This document shows, piece by piece, positions 10,301 to 19,021 of a stretch of DNA of 63,745 nucleotides (position 1 is its first letter; each line of letters begins with the position of its first letter). The notes under the pieces are model-generated. The model saw nothing but the letters and a program-made list of their open reading frames with translations. It made no database searches and was not told the origin of the DNA. Both the position numbers and the translations under genes were made by a program. Source of the DNA: a virus (Duplodnaviria; Caudoviricetes); the IMG/VR virus record IMGVR_UViG_3300046723_000060, positions 1 through 63,745 of that record; one strand, given 5' to 3'.

Positions 10301-11522
10301 TAGCACTGACGATGATTGTTCCCGTGGGACCGCCGCCAGCCGGCCCTGTAGTCAACGTTCCAATTCCAGCGCCTACCGTAAACGTCTCAACGTTATCCTG
10401 GTCGCCAATAATCGGTGTAGCGGCTAGGACACTTGAGGCATTCTGAACACCGTTGATGATGATAGTTGGAAGCCCGATAACCGATTCACCCGCAGCATGA
10501 ACGTTGTTCAAGAACACTTCGATACAGAGCTGCCCAGTAGGTCCCTTAGTAACATTGCGTACATAAGTCTTCTCAGTTCCTACTTGAACGATAGCGCCAC
10601 GCTTTAATTGAGCGATAGTTTCAGACTGTGGCAGCGACGAGCCTGACTGATTGGCTACAGGCTCAGACTTGGACGGTGCGGTAACTCCTTCTAGCGCAAT
10701 CACCGCTAGTCCCGGTGGCCCACTCTCCTGGTAGATAGCCTGAATGTTCATGGGCACGGCCAGAGGTGGAATCACTTCCTCAATAATCGTAATCAGCGTG
10801 GGAGATCCATTCAGGTAGAGGATCTCGCCACGCTGGTACTGCACTACGGGGGAGACTTCGAGTGACCATCTGGGCGGTGCGGCTCCGTGAATACCGCCTT
10901 CTGGAAACGGGCTAACTGGATCAAAGAAGCTCGAGACGATGATGTCGGTTGAGCGACTGTTAGCGCTCCATGCAGAAGCTGTGCCACCCGTGTTCCATGT
11001 GCCGCCGGGAGACAAGACTTCAGTAAAGGTCTGAGCCACTGGAGCCGCTTCACATCCCGTTTGCGGTTCGGCTATACCAACCTTCGATGCGGTGACTACA
11101 CCACCTTCAGGGGCTGAGAACTTCTGATAGTCAGCTCCGTTAGCAATGTACATGTACGGGTCGGGAGACTGGTTGGGACGAAAGGGAACTAATACTGCGC
11201 CAGGACCGCCGGCAACGAGTGTTCCAACTTGGGCTCCGGTATCTAGCCACACTGCGTCATTCGTATCTCGCGCTAAGGTACGTGGCAGACCGTCAGTTTC
11301 AAGCTCCACATAGTCGCGTATGTCGGTAACAGGAGCGCCGCCTGTAGCAAAGGAGAGAACTTGGCCGGGACGAGTCTCGATGGAATCGTCGTTGACCACG
11401 CGAACGTTCTGGGCGTATGGAAACTTGTCTGGAGGCAGAGAATCAGGAGGGTTGTTCGGACTCCAACCTTTGAAGACTGCGCGATTGCCTTGCCGATTGC
11501 GTGTGAAGGTCTCGTTAGGCAT
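7302..11522 (-). CDS. Large tail nozzle/stabilisation protein (P22 gp10-like role)
   Basis: About 1400 aa, beta-rich, follows the adaptor gene; probable ATG at 11522 (MPNETF); propeller-like C-terminal half. Confidence 0.55.
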   Translation of the reverse strand: MPNETFTRNRQGNRAVFKGWSPNNPPDSLPPDKFPYAQNVRVVNDDSIETRPGQVLSFATGGAPVTDIRDYVELETDGLPRTLARDTNDAVWLDTGAQVGTLVAGGPGAVLVPFRPNQSPDPYMYIANGADYQKFSAPEGGVVTASKVGIAEPQTGCEAAPVAQTFTEVLSPGGTWNTGGTASAWSANSRSTDIIVSSFFDPVSPFPEGGIHGAAPPRWSLEVSPVVQYQRGEILYLNGSPTLITIIEEVIPPLAVPMNIQAIYQESGPPGLAVIALEGVTAPSKSEPVANQSGSSLPQSETIAQLKRGAIVQVGTEKTYVRNVTKGPTGQLCIEVFLNNVHAAGESVIGLPTIIINGVQNASSVLAATPIIGDQDNVETFTVGAGIGTLTTGPAGGGPTGTIIVSATTSLNGWGPNAHVGAYEMGINQNFGWGLDPSTTSPYANPGNAGDGNTTTFASAVGQHTHTYYGCIWGFVTGTPQASMALNINSRVLANGDDGFTVTKRSAGIWYSLDNSVTWNQVYNMGPELPASVPLSRPQQWDSIPLPANQDLTQVQVMAFTDSHDDMVHYVYEINISAGAASIGVNTSAFQDDDYLHFSVNVDNPANLAEMRLQFDVSDGTFLDNYYLTGVRPSDLVSATTAATPITLLAATQAIVSETNTYQGAGALNLTPSNPSVAGEGQWTEIWIPIRALTRIGGDQTKTLANINSVQVYVNATATVRVSISSIAFVGGSQPDVGDIGEPYRYRVRPRSKVTGAKGNPSPDMRYGVLAHRQPVQINLPSAAYDTQIDTWDVFRFGGSVTSWRYIGSIASSHSSFQDDYADESAQAGEALEFDNFEPWPSIDFPLNATASTIVGFIAVVTIPSPTLALRYLPGNLVNLGGQSTYTLRVRPTLISGTDYLFEFVECTAGFNQGAISDNGQTNIYEPAIARQFLPYMWGPDVNGTVFAVGDPLRPGTLYFAKGNNPDSAPDAFNMELVTPSEPLMGGLVLDGLSFVGSTERWWALYPQPTNPLQRYNPVQQPLPRGLAAPYACCTDGSQIFFWAKDGIWSSGKGSLTDEDLYNLFPHDGTPGEAQTYGPPGLAHTVLPPDYARAGTFRLTYCNYYLYATYQDSAGNYNTLVYDTRRNAWCVDLYATQVTRFYHPEGQAGTLLTSSTRYPELQMADINGRVSVQTPFTNDLDGPIQVLLATFEDPGGDLRAPKQWGDTFVDAICPAGMAINMMSQAVQVGAPLAVPASATRARQPISVGNALVVSSFMGLYFSWTDDFTTQTAPTTLFLWQTSFVIQPATTIQWQTLGTSFGMQGYGHIGQIAMAYISAADITLQITSYDGQSPLPVTLPSSAGVYVKKLFRVSANKGQLYAFAASSTAPFQFFMEDCEVSVGPWQRQDPYTVMKSFLSGPVDGAPL

Positions 11523-12957
11523 CGTCGTCCGCCGATACAGGTTGCTGCACTGGATTGAGATTACGTTCCCTAACCGCCATGCCCATGAGAGTGTCAGTGT
11601 ACTCGCCAAACTCAGAGAGCTTGCGGTTATAGAGCGTCGCCTGTTTCATGAAGCGCTTGAATAGCGGTACCGTAGCCATGAATTCAGCGCCACCTGCCTT
11701 AATCATAGCGATGTGGACACAGTAATCGAGCAGAGCGTCCAAGTCTTCTCTCGCTACCTGAACTTGGTCAGCATCGAGAGTTGGTATAGGTGCATTCTCA
11801 ACCACGGTGACAGTCAGGTCGTAAGGCACGCCGTTGATACCACTGTCTGCAGGAGGATTGAGAGCGAAGAGGTTCATCCCACTGTAGCTCACCGACCTTG
11901 GTACGCCTGGATCAGCACCTTCCCATGAGGTGTTGTAGAAGTCTGAGCCACGGACTGAGCTTACTTGAGCTGGAACGTTGTTTACCCTCATAGCGAGTAG
12001 TGCCGGAGCTGAGTCTCGCAGGATAGCGCACATCTGGCGGTAGCGAGTCTCGCAGTACTGAGCACGCAACGGATCCTGAGCGTTAGACTCCCTGCTGAAC
12101 AGATCAGCCAACGCTCCCCACTTGATAGCTGGAGTCCAGTCATCGGGTATCAGGAAAGGTGTAGCTGTGCCTGTGAAGACTAAGGTGACGCCAGCCTCGA
12201 CTGTCAGCAACTCGTAGCTCCCACCAAATGCCGGTGGACAGTTGGTATCAAACGATAATGGCGGCTGAGTCGAGAGCAGATACGTAGATGGCAATCCCGG
12301 TGTGCCAGCAGGATTCAGCGTGTAGAGCGCATCGTAACTTTGTTCCGCGAACGTGTCTTCTGGCCACAGTACCGACGGCGCGGGGATGTCAATCCCCGAC
12401 TGGGCAGAACGCCCGTAAATACCGAATCCGTAGCGGCCAGTGCCATAACCTTTGCCCGTAAGCACTGATTCAGTTGGGAGATAGGCCATCCTTCTGACAT
12501 CGATGACGGTGTCAGGGAGCGTAATTCTTCCGGCGACAGCGCCAACTGTTCTGACAGTTTGCGTGCATGAGGTGATCGACAGTAGCTCATCGCGTCTCCG
12601 TTGGACTGCGTTTACAATGTCGTCGTTGGTGAATTGGACTGAGACTACGCCAGTAATAGGCTCAAGTAGATGGTAGAGAATGGTCTGGTAGAGCGATTGG
12701 TCGGTGACCGTATAAGGACACAAAGTGTTGGTGAGATTCGATATGTCGTACCATGTCGTAGAGGAGGCGGTCGGGGCCACAAAGTCTCCCCGCCAGTATC
12801 CCGTAAGTGAATTCCAAGTGCGAAGTCCCTCCGCTATGTAGGCCGTAAGTTCTGCTGAACTCCAAAACACCATGGATGCGTCGAATAAACGGTTCGCAAG
12901 CTGTTGCCTCAGTGTGCTGAGTGGAATGTAGGCATACGGCAGAGCTTGTGTCGCCAT
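11515..12957 (-). CDS. Head-tail adaptor/tail tubular protein
   Basis: LRQQLANRL..FWS.AEL..YI.EG and IPDDW..AIKWGALADLF motifs; gene position. Confidence 0.55.
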   Translation of the reverse strand: MATQALPYAYIPLSTLRQQLANRLFDASMVFWSSAELTAYIAEGLRTWNSLTGYWRGDFVAPTASSTTWYDISNLTNTLCPYTVTDQSLYQTILYHLLEPITGVVSVQFTNDDIVNAVQRRRDELLSITSCTQTVRTVGAVAGRITLPDTVIDVRRMAYLPTESVLTGKGYGTGRYGFGIYGRSAQSGIDIPAPSVLWPEDTFAEQSYDALYTLNPAGTPGLPSTYLLSTQPPLSFDTNCPPAFGGSYELLTVEAGVTLVFTGTATPFLIPDDWTPAIKWGALADLFSRESNAQDPLRAQYCETRYRQMCAILRDSAPALLAMRVNNVPAQVSSVRGSDFYNTSWEGADPGVPRSVSYSGMNLFALNPPADSGINGVPYDLTVTVVENAPIPTLDADQVQVAREDLDALLDYCVHIAMIKAGGAEFMATVPLFKRFMKQATLYNRKLSEFGEYTDTLMGMAVRERNLNPVQQPVSADDDA

Positions 12958-12961
12958 TCAC

Positions 12962-13174
12962 TTAGGTCTTCCCTGATGATTTTAGATACCCATACAGAAT
13001 GCCTAATAGCGATGAGACCGCTCCTACTAGCATCTGCCGTCCCGCTTCCTGCGGCGTATGTCCGCTCTCTACCATAACTAGAGCTGCTCCAAGCAGGAAT
13101 AGCAGCATCATAATCAAGACAACTAGTTTGCCGCCGTCAGTCTCCAATGACTTGAGGAAGCCATCCCAGCTCAC
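12962..13174 (-). CDS. Small two-TM membrane protein
   Basis: Two hydrophobic segments; GTG start overlaps the upstream stop. Confidence 0.55.
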   Translation of the reverse strand: MSWDGFLKSLETDGGKLVVLIMMLLFLLGAALVMVESGHTPQEAGRQMLVGAVSSLLGILYGYLKSSGKT

Positions 13175-13344
13175 TTTTTGCCACCACGTTTCTTCATGTC
13201 GCGCTTATGCTTAGCATCCATCTCACGACCTTTAGCGGTCTCTTTGTTACCACGCATAGCGCCAATCTTATTCATCGTTCCATAGATGGCATGAGGATTG
13301 TCGCCATATTCCTTCTTCAACTTGTCCTCAAGAAACTTGGGCAT
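13171..13344 (-). CDS. 57-aa Lys-rich basic protein (below the ORF track cut-off)
   Basis: Manual translation MPKFLEDKLKKEYGDNPHAIYGTMNKIGAMRGNKETAKGREMDAKHKRDMKKRGGKK; tightly packed with neighbours. Confidence 0.65.
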   Translation of the reverse strand: MPKFLEDKLKKEYGDNPHAIYGTMNKIGAMRGNKETAKGREMDAKHKRDMKKRGGKK

Positions 13345-13346
13345 AA

Positions 13347-13526
13347 CTACCTCTTGTGCGAAGCCTTCGCAGCCTGCTTGGCAAAGTTAGCTTTCTTAGC
13401 AGCCTTGCCACCCTTCTTCTCAGCAGCGGCAATCTTCTTGGGAGTAGCTTTACCGAATGAGCCAACAGTTCCCTTTTCCTTCATTCGCTCAGCAGCATGT
13501 TCCATCCACTTAGGATCATCAGCCAT
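13347..13526 (-). CDS. 59-aa Lys/Ala-rich basic protein (below the ORF track cut-off)
   Basis: Manual translation MADDPKWMEHAAERMKEKGTVGSFGKATPKKIAAAEKKGGKAAKKANFAKQAAKASHKR. Confidence 0.65.
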   Translation of the reverse strand: MADDPKWMEHAAERMKEKGTVGSFGKATPKKIAAAEKKGGKAAKKANFAKQAAKASHKR

Positions 13527-13527
13527 T

Positions 13528-13740
13528 CTAGTACCCCTTACTCATCGTAGACTTAGGCTTAATCGCCTTCTGTCCCAATGTCTTTACACCCTTCTTATGC
13601 GGTGCGCCAACCTTGGAAGGACTGATATTCATCCCGAACGAGCCAGTGCCCCCTATAGCAGCAGGATCGGACTTGGGAGTGCCAAACTGCTTATTCTCCG
13701 CTTCAATGGACGGGCCGCGGTAGACCTTAATCATTCCCAT
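13528..13740 (-). CDS. Small Lys/Gly-rich protein
   Basis: ORF with GAGGAG RBS, operon packing. Confidence 0.6.
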   Translation of the reverse strand: MGMIKVYRGPSIEAENKQFGTPKSDPAAIGGTGSFGMNISPSKVGAPHKKGVKTLGQKAIKPKSTMSKGY

Positions 13741-13743
13741 CAG

Positions 13744-13986
13744 TTACTCCTCAACTCTGAAGCGGATACGTTCGTCGGCTTGGCCAGCACGCAGACGCTT
13801 GTTGAAGAGATCCGACTGCGATTCGGTGACATGGCCACGGCCCATGACGCGTTCGGTCAAGCCGCCACCAGTCTCGTAGTAGTCGTCCTCGCTGTATAGG
13901 TCGTCCTTGTAGCTATCGCAGTGTAGACGAGTTGCGCCAAGGATTCTGGCGTTAGCTGCTTCTGAAGCGTACGATTTATCTCTCAT
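13744..13986 (-). CDS. Hypothetical protein
   Basis: ORF with AGGAG RBS. Confidence 0.6.
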   Translation of the reverse strand: MRDKSYASEAANARILGATRLHCDSYKDDLYSEDDYYETGGGLTERVMGRGHVTESQSDLFNKRLRAGQADERIRFRVEE

Positions 13987-13995
13987 AAATTCTCC

Positions 13996-14262
13996 TTAGT
14001 AACAGACCCACTGACCACGAACTCTATGTGCTTCGGCTCCAGGACCGCCTACAGTACATTTTTGTCCTGGCGTCGATGGTACCGCACAGTCCGTACAATA
14101 GGTAATATAGCCATCAGAAAGATTCATTCCAGGCATATCACCCATCTGTAGGTCGGCAAAGGTATGAGGAAATAGGCGCATTAAAGCATGGGCACCGATC
14201 TGCGCCTGTACTGCGTAGACTACAATCACCATTATCACCAATAGAAATAATATGCGTTTCAC
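13996..14262 (-). CDS. Small exported Cys-rich protein resembling a tail-fibre tip motif
   Basis: Signal peptide MKRILFLLVIMVIVVYAVQA; TFADL..YCTDC..C..W.C resembles the C-terminus of 14269-16095. Confidence 0.6.
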   Translation of the reverse strand: MKRILFLLVIMVIVVYAVQAQIGAHALMRLFPHTFADLQMGDMPGMNLSDGYITYCTDCAVPSTPGQKCTVGGPGAEAHRVRGQWVCY

Positions 14263-14268
14263 AAGTTC

Positions 14269-16095
14269 TCACTTTCCCGCAACGGTCCAGTTGGTACCGT
14301 CGCAATATCCAAGTACATGATTGGTGCTGCTGCCAGTGATGGTAGCACCCCAAGTGTTGGTAGACGAGTCCGTGATTGCAGCGAATGATCCTTCGGTTCC
14401 AGCAGCGCAGGCTGGTAGGGAGGCAAAGACCATAGGCGTGCGTTTCACGTTGTCGTGTGTTCCACCACTGTTGGTGATAACTAGGCCAATATCACTAGCC
14501 GACATTCCAAGATTCAATGTGTTATTTGCTGATGCGGATATATTCTCACCCACGGCATAGCAGTCCGAACAGTTGGTTAAGCTATCGAGAGAGCCGTATA
14601 TCCCGAAATTAGTCATGCTTGTAGATGAAGATGTCATCGTATTATTGTAGCCAGCCACAACACCATGCAGAATACTGAAGTTGGTAAGACTGAAGCTGTT
14701 CAGGTTCCCGATCCAAGTTACATTAGAAAGAGATGCGCCGTTAGTACTCGATATGGTTACCGTACTTACTGAGCCTAGGGCGTGAACGCAGGTCAGATTA
14801 TTGCTGCCACCTACGGAAGCTGAATTAAGGGTAAACTGGTTATTGTATCCGATGATTTCCACGTCACTGGCACTGGTGCGAGTAGGAGTCCCAGCACCCA
14901 TCGTCAGGGTATTGTTGAACCCGATGAACATGAACTGGCTTTCATTACTTCTTCCAGCCACGTCCATAGCGTTACTAGACCCGATAGTGTAGAGATCGCT
15001 TGCTGAAGTAGTGCCATTAGTGGTGTTAAAATCACCCATGGTAAATATATCGACGCCACCTAGGGAATTATTTCCACCAATCGAATACTCTTCGCTAGTG
15101 GAAGAAATTCCGTGCCCAAGGCTGGTTCCGTCACCTATCGCCGCACATTCCGAGCAACTGTTTATGGTGTTACCGCTGCCAAATGAAAACTGCCCTACCT
15201 GATTCGCACTTCCTGCGGTAACCGTAGTGGTGTCGCCGAAAACAAAGGTCTCCAGAGAAGAATGCCCGCCGGATGCAGCCGTAATTACATTGCTCAAGCC
15301 TACCTGCATGACTTGACCGTTAGCACTAGAAGACGCTGTATCGTCAACCCAAGTCCAATGAAGCGAATCGTAGCAGGTTCCTGCTGGATGCTCGCTAAGA
15401 ACAGCACGATCAACGCTAGGAAGAGTGCAACCTGATCCGCCACCTGTAGATGCAATAGTCAGCGTGCTACCAGAGGGTGTAATGGTAATGTTGCTTCCAG
15501 CAGTGAGTGTTCCCCACACTGCATCCGTACCTGTCGAGATAATAACTTGACCTAGAGTGCCAAGTGCTAGGCGTGCCCACGATGGGTTAACACCAGTCGG
15601 TGAGGTCTGATTCTGTGCGGTGATAAGGTCACCACGGACGGGAGGAGATGCAGGAATGGTATCAAGGTGAGTGGTGGAGAGCAGGTTATGAGCTGTGGTA
15701 GAACCACCGTTGTTACAAGTTGAGCCGACAGTGAAAGGGTCGCAGAGGATGATATCGGAATAAGTTACTGTCTGAGAGAATCCAGCGGAACTCATGGTTA
15801 CATCGTAGCGGCCGTTGTCACTGTACGCCTGCCAACGACCACCAGATTGAGCAGTAAATGGATTCGCCAGAGGAGTGTTGTTGTTGTCCGCATATATCGT
15901 AGCGAGACCCGCTCCATGGATATAAACAGTGATAGTACAACTGGGGTGGGAAGCCTGGACTCGAGTGGTAGAATTCAGACCTGACGTTACCACTGGTCTA
16001 TTCCCCTCCTCGCACCAACCCTTTAAGGAATCTCTCGCAGACGCAAGTTTTGCGCTACCCAGCAGGAACAGCAGTAGAATGAATAGGCGTTTCAT
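14269..16095 (-). CDS. Tail spike/fibre-like protein with a signal peptide
   Basis: MKRLFILLLFLLGSAKLASA signal; LATIYAD..PLANPFTA..G....Y..NGRYDV virion-attachment-like motif; beta-roll-like centre; FASLPAC..YCDGTNWTV tip. Confidence 0.7.
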   Translation of the reverse strand: MKRLFILLLFLLGSAKLASARDSLKGWCEEGNRPVVTSGLNSTTRVQASHPSCTITVYIHGAGLATIYADNNNTPLANPFTAQSGGRWQAYSDNGRYDVTMSSAGFSQTVTYSDIILCDPFTVGSTCNNGGSTTAHNLLSTTHLDTIPASPPVRGDLITAQNQTSPTGVNPSWARLALGTLGQVIISTGTDAVWGTLTAGSNITITPSGSTLTIASTGGGSGCTLPSVDRAVLSEHPAGTCYDSLHWTWVDDTASSSANGQVMQVGLSNVITAASGGHSSLETFVFGDTTTVTAGSANQVGQFSFGSGNTINSCSECAAIGDGTSLGHGISSTSEEYSIGGNNSLGGVDIFTMGDFNTTNGTTSASDLYTIGSSNAMDVAGRSNESQFMFIGFNNTLTMGAGTPTRTSASDVEIIGYNNQFTLNSASVGGSNNLTCVHALGSVSTVTISSTNGASLSNVTWIGNLNSFSLTNFSILHGVVAGYNNTMTSSSTSMTNFGIYGSLDSLTNCSDCYAVGENISASANNTLNLGMSASDIGLVITNSGGTHDNVKRTPMVFASLPACAAGTEGSFAAITDSSTNTWGATITGSSTNHVLGYCDGTNWTVAGK

Positions 16096-17041
16096 GCCAT
16101 CCCCTACGACGGACCTCTTCCATAATTAGGCTGACGTCGTGCCGAGTGTATACCATAGGCATATAAGTTTCACTCTCTAAAATTGTAGGGGAGGCCCATG
16201 CGGAGGCCATTTTCTCTGAAAATGAGAGGTACATGCTCGAGCTGATCGAATTTCCCTCGGGCCGCCACCATATTCCTGTTGGTGTGCCCCGCAATGCAGA
16301 AATGATGCCCACTCCGGCCTGGTAGCTAATCACAAACTTAGCCCTGTCAGTGATGGCCCAGAGTTCACCTAGATTGGTCCGACCAATAACACTAGTCCAC
16401 CAGTCCTGACCTTTGAGCAAAGGTTCTAAGATTCCAGTGAAGTAGGCTAGGTCGTAGGAAGCGCCGACAACGAGGATGTGTAAGCCAAATTCATCATGGA
16501 CGCGCTTACCCAGTTCTACCCATTCTTGCGGAGTCCAGATAGGACCGCGGTTATGGCCTTCAACTGTATTGCCAGCGAGAGGGCCGGGATAGAATACGGC
16601 GTAGTCGCCAATCTTCTGGTGTACGTCAGCAGCATGGATACGTTCGATAGTTTCAATATGGAAATCCCTAAAGATGTTCCAGTTGATCTGGTATTGCGGT
16701 AGCCAGTTCTCTAAACGGATACCCTTTTCTAGCGGAGCATTAGGGATGAGTACGCAGTATTTCTCACCGTCGAATTCGTACATGCCGTCTTCAACGTAGT
16801 TGTACGTTCCGTCGGGATGAACGCGAGGACCATAGGCTTGGATAGAGAAAGGCTTCATATCCACTGAGTTTACGAAACGGAATCGTCTGACAAAGTCGAG
16901 AGCGCGGGAGTCAACTTTGTCCTTGGAGCCAACTAAAGAGACGTCGATTACGCCACCGGAATCTAACTTGTCACGGATAGCTTGAATCTTAGTTAACGCC
17001 CAGACTGAGTCGCCAATTCCTGTAGGTAACAAGAACTTCAC
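16055..17041 (-). CDS. Glycosyltransferase, GT9/heptosyltransferase-like
   Basis: GIGDSVW N-terminus; GRTNLGEL...AKFVISYQAG...GTPT motif. Confidence 0.75.
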   Translation of the reverse strand: MKFLLPTGIGDSVWALTKIQAIRDKLDSGGVIDVSLVGSKDKVDSRALDFVRRFRFVNSVDMKPFSIQAYGPRVHPDGTYNYVEDGMYEFDGEKYCVLIPNAPLEKGIRLENWLPQYQINWNIFRDFHIETIERIHAADVHQKIGDYAVFYPGPLAGNTVEGHNRGPIWTPQEWVELGKRVHDEFGLHILVVGASYDLAYFTGILEPLLKGQDWWTSVIGRTNLGELWAITDRAKFVISYQAGVGIISALRGTPTGIWWRPEGNSISSSMYLSFSEKMASAWASPTILESETYMPMVYTRHDVSLIMEEVRRRGWHETPIHSTAVPAG

Positions 17042-17661
17042 GGTCGCTCCTTAACCCTTGAGATGAGTATGCTCCCCGTCCAAGTATCCTCAAAGTATGC
17101 CCAATCTACTGACCCTGGACTCTTGCGATGCAATGCCGCAAAGGTAGCGGCTGAGACGACGGAATCTCTCGCATCGTCTACGAGGATCCACCTTGCGTTA
17201 GATCGCCATGCCAACAGAACGTCGTTATAAGCATCATCGTAGGAATGGCCACCATCTACATGAACAAGGTCAACCTGTGGCAGACGATCAATCTTGGTTG
17301 AGTCCGCTACACGGATTCTGCCTCTACTCCCTAGCAGATTGCCCACAAACTGAGAGGGAATAACCGGGAAGTCACGGTCTTGTTCGCAATCGTTATCTAT
17401 ACCTAGGTAGGTGGCGTTAGGACAGCCGTCAAGGAATGCTAGTGCGCTTATGCCTAAGCCAACACCAATCTCAATGATGCGTTCAGGCTGGATGACAAGA
17501 GCTACTTCACGTTTGAAGCACGCATAGCCTAGGCGGAACTTCTCCGTGTGAAAGAGTGGTGCTACTCCCATAGGTAAGTGAGGACGATGATCGTAGGTAG
17601 AAAGAGGATAGTTGTGACGGATATATTGGGCGTAGTCGGTTAGTTCTCCACCGAAGATCAT
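17038..17661 (-). CDS. Class I SAM methyltransferase (Methyltransf_24-like)
   Basis: IIEIGVGLG.S, DLVHVDGGHSY, ILVDD. Confidence 0.85.
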   Translation of the reverse strand: MIFGGELTDYAQYIRHNYPLSTYDHRPHLPMGVAPLFHTEKFRLGYACFKREVALVIQPERIIEIGVGLGISALAFLDGCPNATYLGIDNDCEQDRDFPVIPSQFVGNLLGSRGRIRVADSTKIDRLPQVDLVHVDGGHSYDDAYNDVLLAWRSNARWILVDDARDSVVSAATFAALHRKSPGSVDWAYFEDTWTGSILISRVKERP

Positions 17662-18167
17662 GTCTCATACACCCACATGGAGTGTTCGTGATGGACACCG
17701 GGTAGAAGCTCCTGTGTGGCTTGCATAATGGGACCGTGGCCGGCATCGTGACCGCAGAGCAAGCCCTTGCATAGAGGTTTCCATGCGAGGATGTCGGCTT
17801 TAACATTCTCATAATCGTGACTGGCATCGATGAAGACCATATCGAATGTATTTCCAGATAAGATTCTAGCTGCGTCCACCGATGCCATCCGTACTGGAAC
17901 CACTTTTAGGCTGGCGATATAAGGCTTCATGTTCTCGCAGAAGGCTTCATACAGACCGATAACCGGAGGGTTGTGTTCCTCGCTGCCTAGCCAGGTATCT
18001 ACGGCGAATACGTGGCCGTCAGTGTTGTCGGCTAGGCAAGTGGTAGAGCGGCCTTTCCAGCAGCCTACTTCTACGATGTTCTTGTGAGTAGCGGCTTTTT
18101 CAGCCAGCCAGCACAAATCATGGTCTTCCATCCACCCCTCAATCTTGAGAGCGTTCTCGATATTCAC
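17658..18167 (-). CDS. Class I SAM methyltransferase (Methyltransf_24-like)
   Basis: VEVGCWKGRST, FDMVFIDASHDYE, CGHD. Confidence 0.9.
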   Translation of the reverse strand: MNIENALKIEGWMEDHDLCWLAEKAATHKNIVEVGCWKGRSTTCLADNTDGHVFAVDTWLGSEEHNPPVIGLYEAFCENMKPYIASLKVVPVRMASVDAARILSGNTFDMVFIDASHDYENVKADILAWKPLCKGLLCGHDAGHGPIMQATQELLPGVHHEHSMWVYET

Positions 18168-19021
18168 GAGACACGTTCCAAGATACGTTTGGCGATAGCT
18201 TCGGTAGTAATGTAATTCACAAGTGTCTCTCGCACATCCATCATCGTATCAGCCCATTCCCATCGACATTCACTATTGTCCAAGTCACAAGTTGCCCACG
18301 AATCGCACAAGATTCTTGCTTTCATCAAATCTATTCGTTGAAACGAAACCAAAGTCATCTCGGGACATGATTCTAAGTTAGCAAAGTAGGGTAGCGTCCC
18401 CGCTGCCATTATCTCCACATGCCGCATACAATCCCAACCACCCTTCTTCATGGTGTAGCCGAAGTAGGCGTCACTGTACTGGTCGTAATAACGTTGCTCA
18501 GAGTCGTAGTAGACGTAAGTAGAACGGTCTCGAGGATCACAATGCGCCATGAGTCTCGTCTTACGTGAGAGGTCTATAGGTCTAATCTTCTCTTTGGGAA
18601 TACCGAACTGGATAGGTATCAGGTTGGGATTAGGTTCGTATATCTCTCGCTTGAAATACCAGCCGTGGCCAACCGCGGAAGCTAGTTCCGGCCCATCCTC
18701 ACCGTCGATGAACGCTATTTTATTTGATGGATAAGCATCAAGTACAAGCTGCATATAATCCCTACAGCGATGAATAGAGCCGTAAACCACAGCGTCATAG
18801 TACTTAGACTGAATCTTCGCTTCCACGTTGTCACGGTCAACCTCGATGTCGGGTAGGAGTTTGTAGAGAGAGTGGAACATGCATGGTTCGGATGTGTCAT
18901 ACATGAACCACATCTTTTTGACGTCTACTAGGTCGGGGCCGAGGAGAGAGCGTAAGCCGTGCATGGCTACGTCGCACTGATAATCTGCGCCTGTCGCTCC
19001 TGAGATATAGAGGATCTTCAA
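18164..19021 (-). CDS. Putative GT-B glycosyltransferase-like protein
   Basis: DYQCD..HGL, FIDGED, YFKRE, TMKKGGWDCMRH.EI.A.G.LPYF; TTG start overlaps the upstream stop. Confidence 0.6.
   Translation of the reverse strand: MKILYISGATGADYQCDVAMHGLRSLLGPDLVDVKKMWFMYDTSEPCMFHSLYKLLPDIEVDRDNVEAKIQSKYYDAVVYGSIHRCRDYMQLVLDAYPSNKIAFIDGEDGPELASAVGHGWYFKREIYEPNPNLIPIQFGIPKEKIRPIDLSRKTRLMAHCDPRDRSTYVYYDSEQRYYDQYSDAYFGYTMKKGGWDCMRHVEIMAAGTLPYFANLESCPEMTLVSFQRIDLMKARILCDSWATCDLDNSECRWEWADTMMDVRETLVNYITTEAIAKRILERVS

Noticed and set aside
120-16095. Diversity-generating retroelement acting on the fibre genes
   Set aside because: No reverse transcriptase and no adenine-variable TR/VR pair seen
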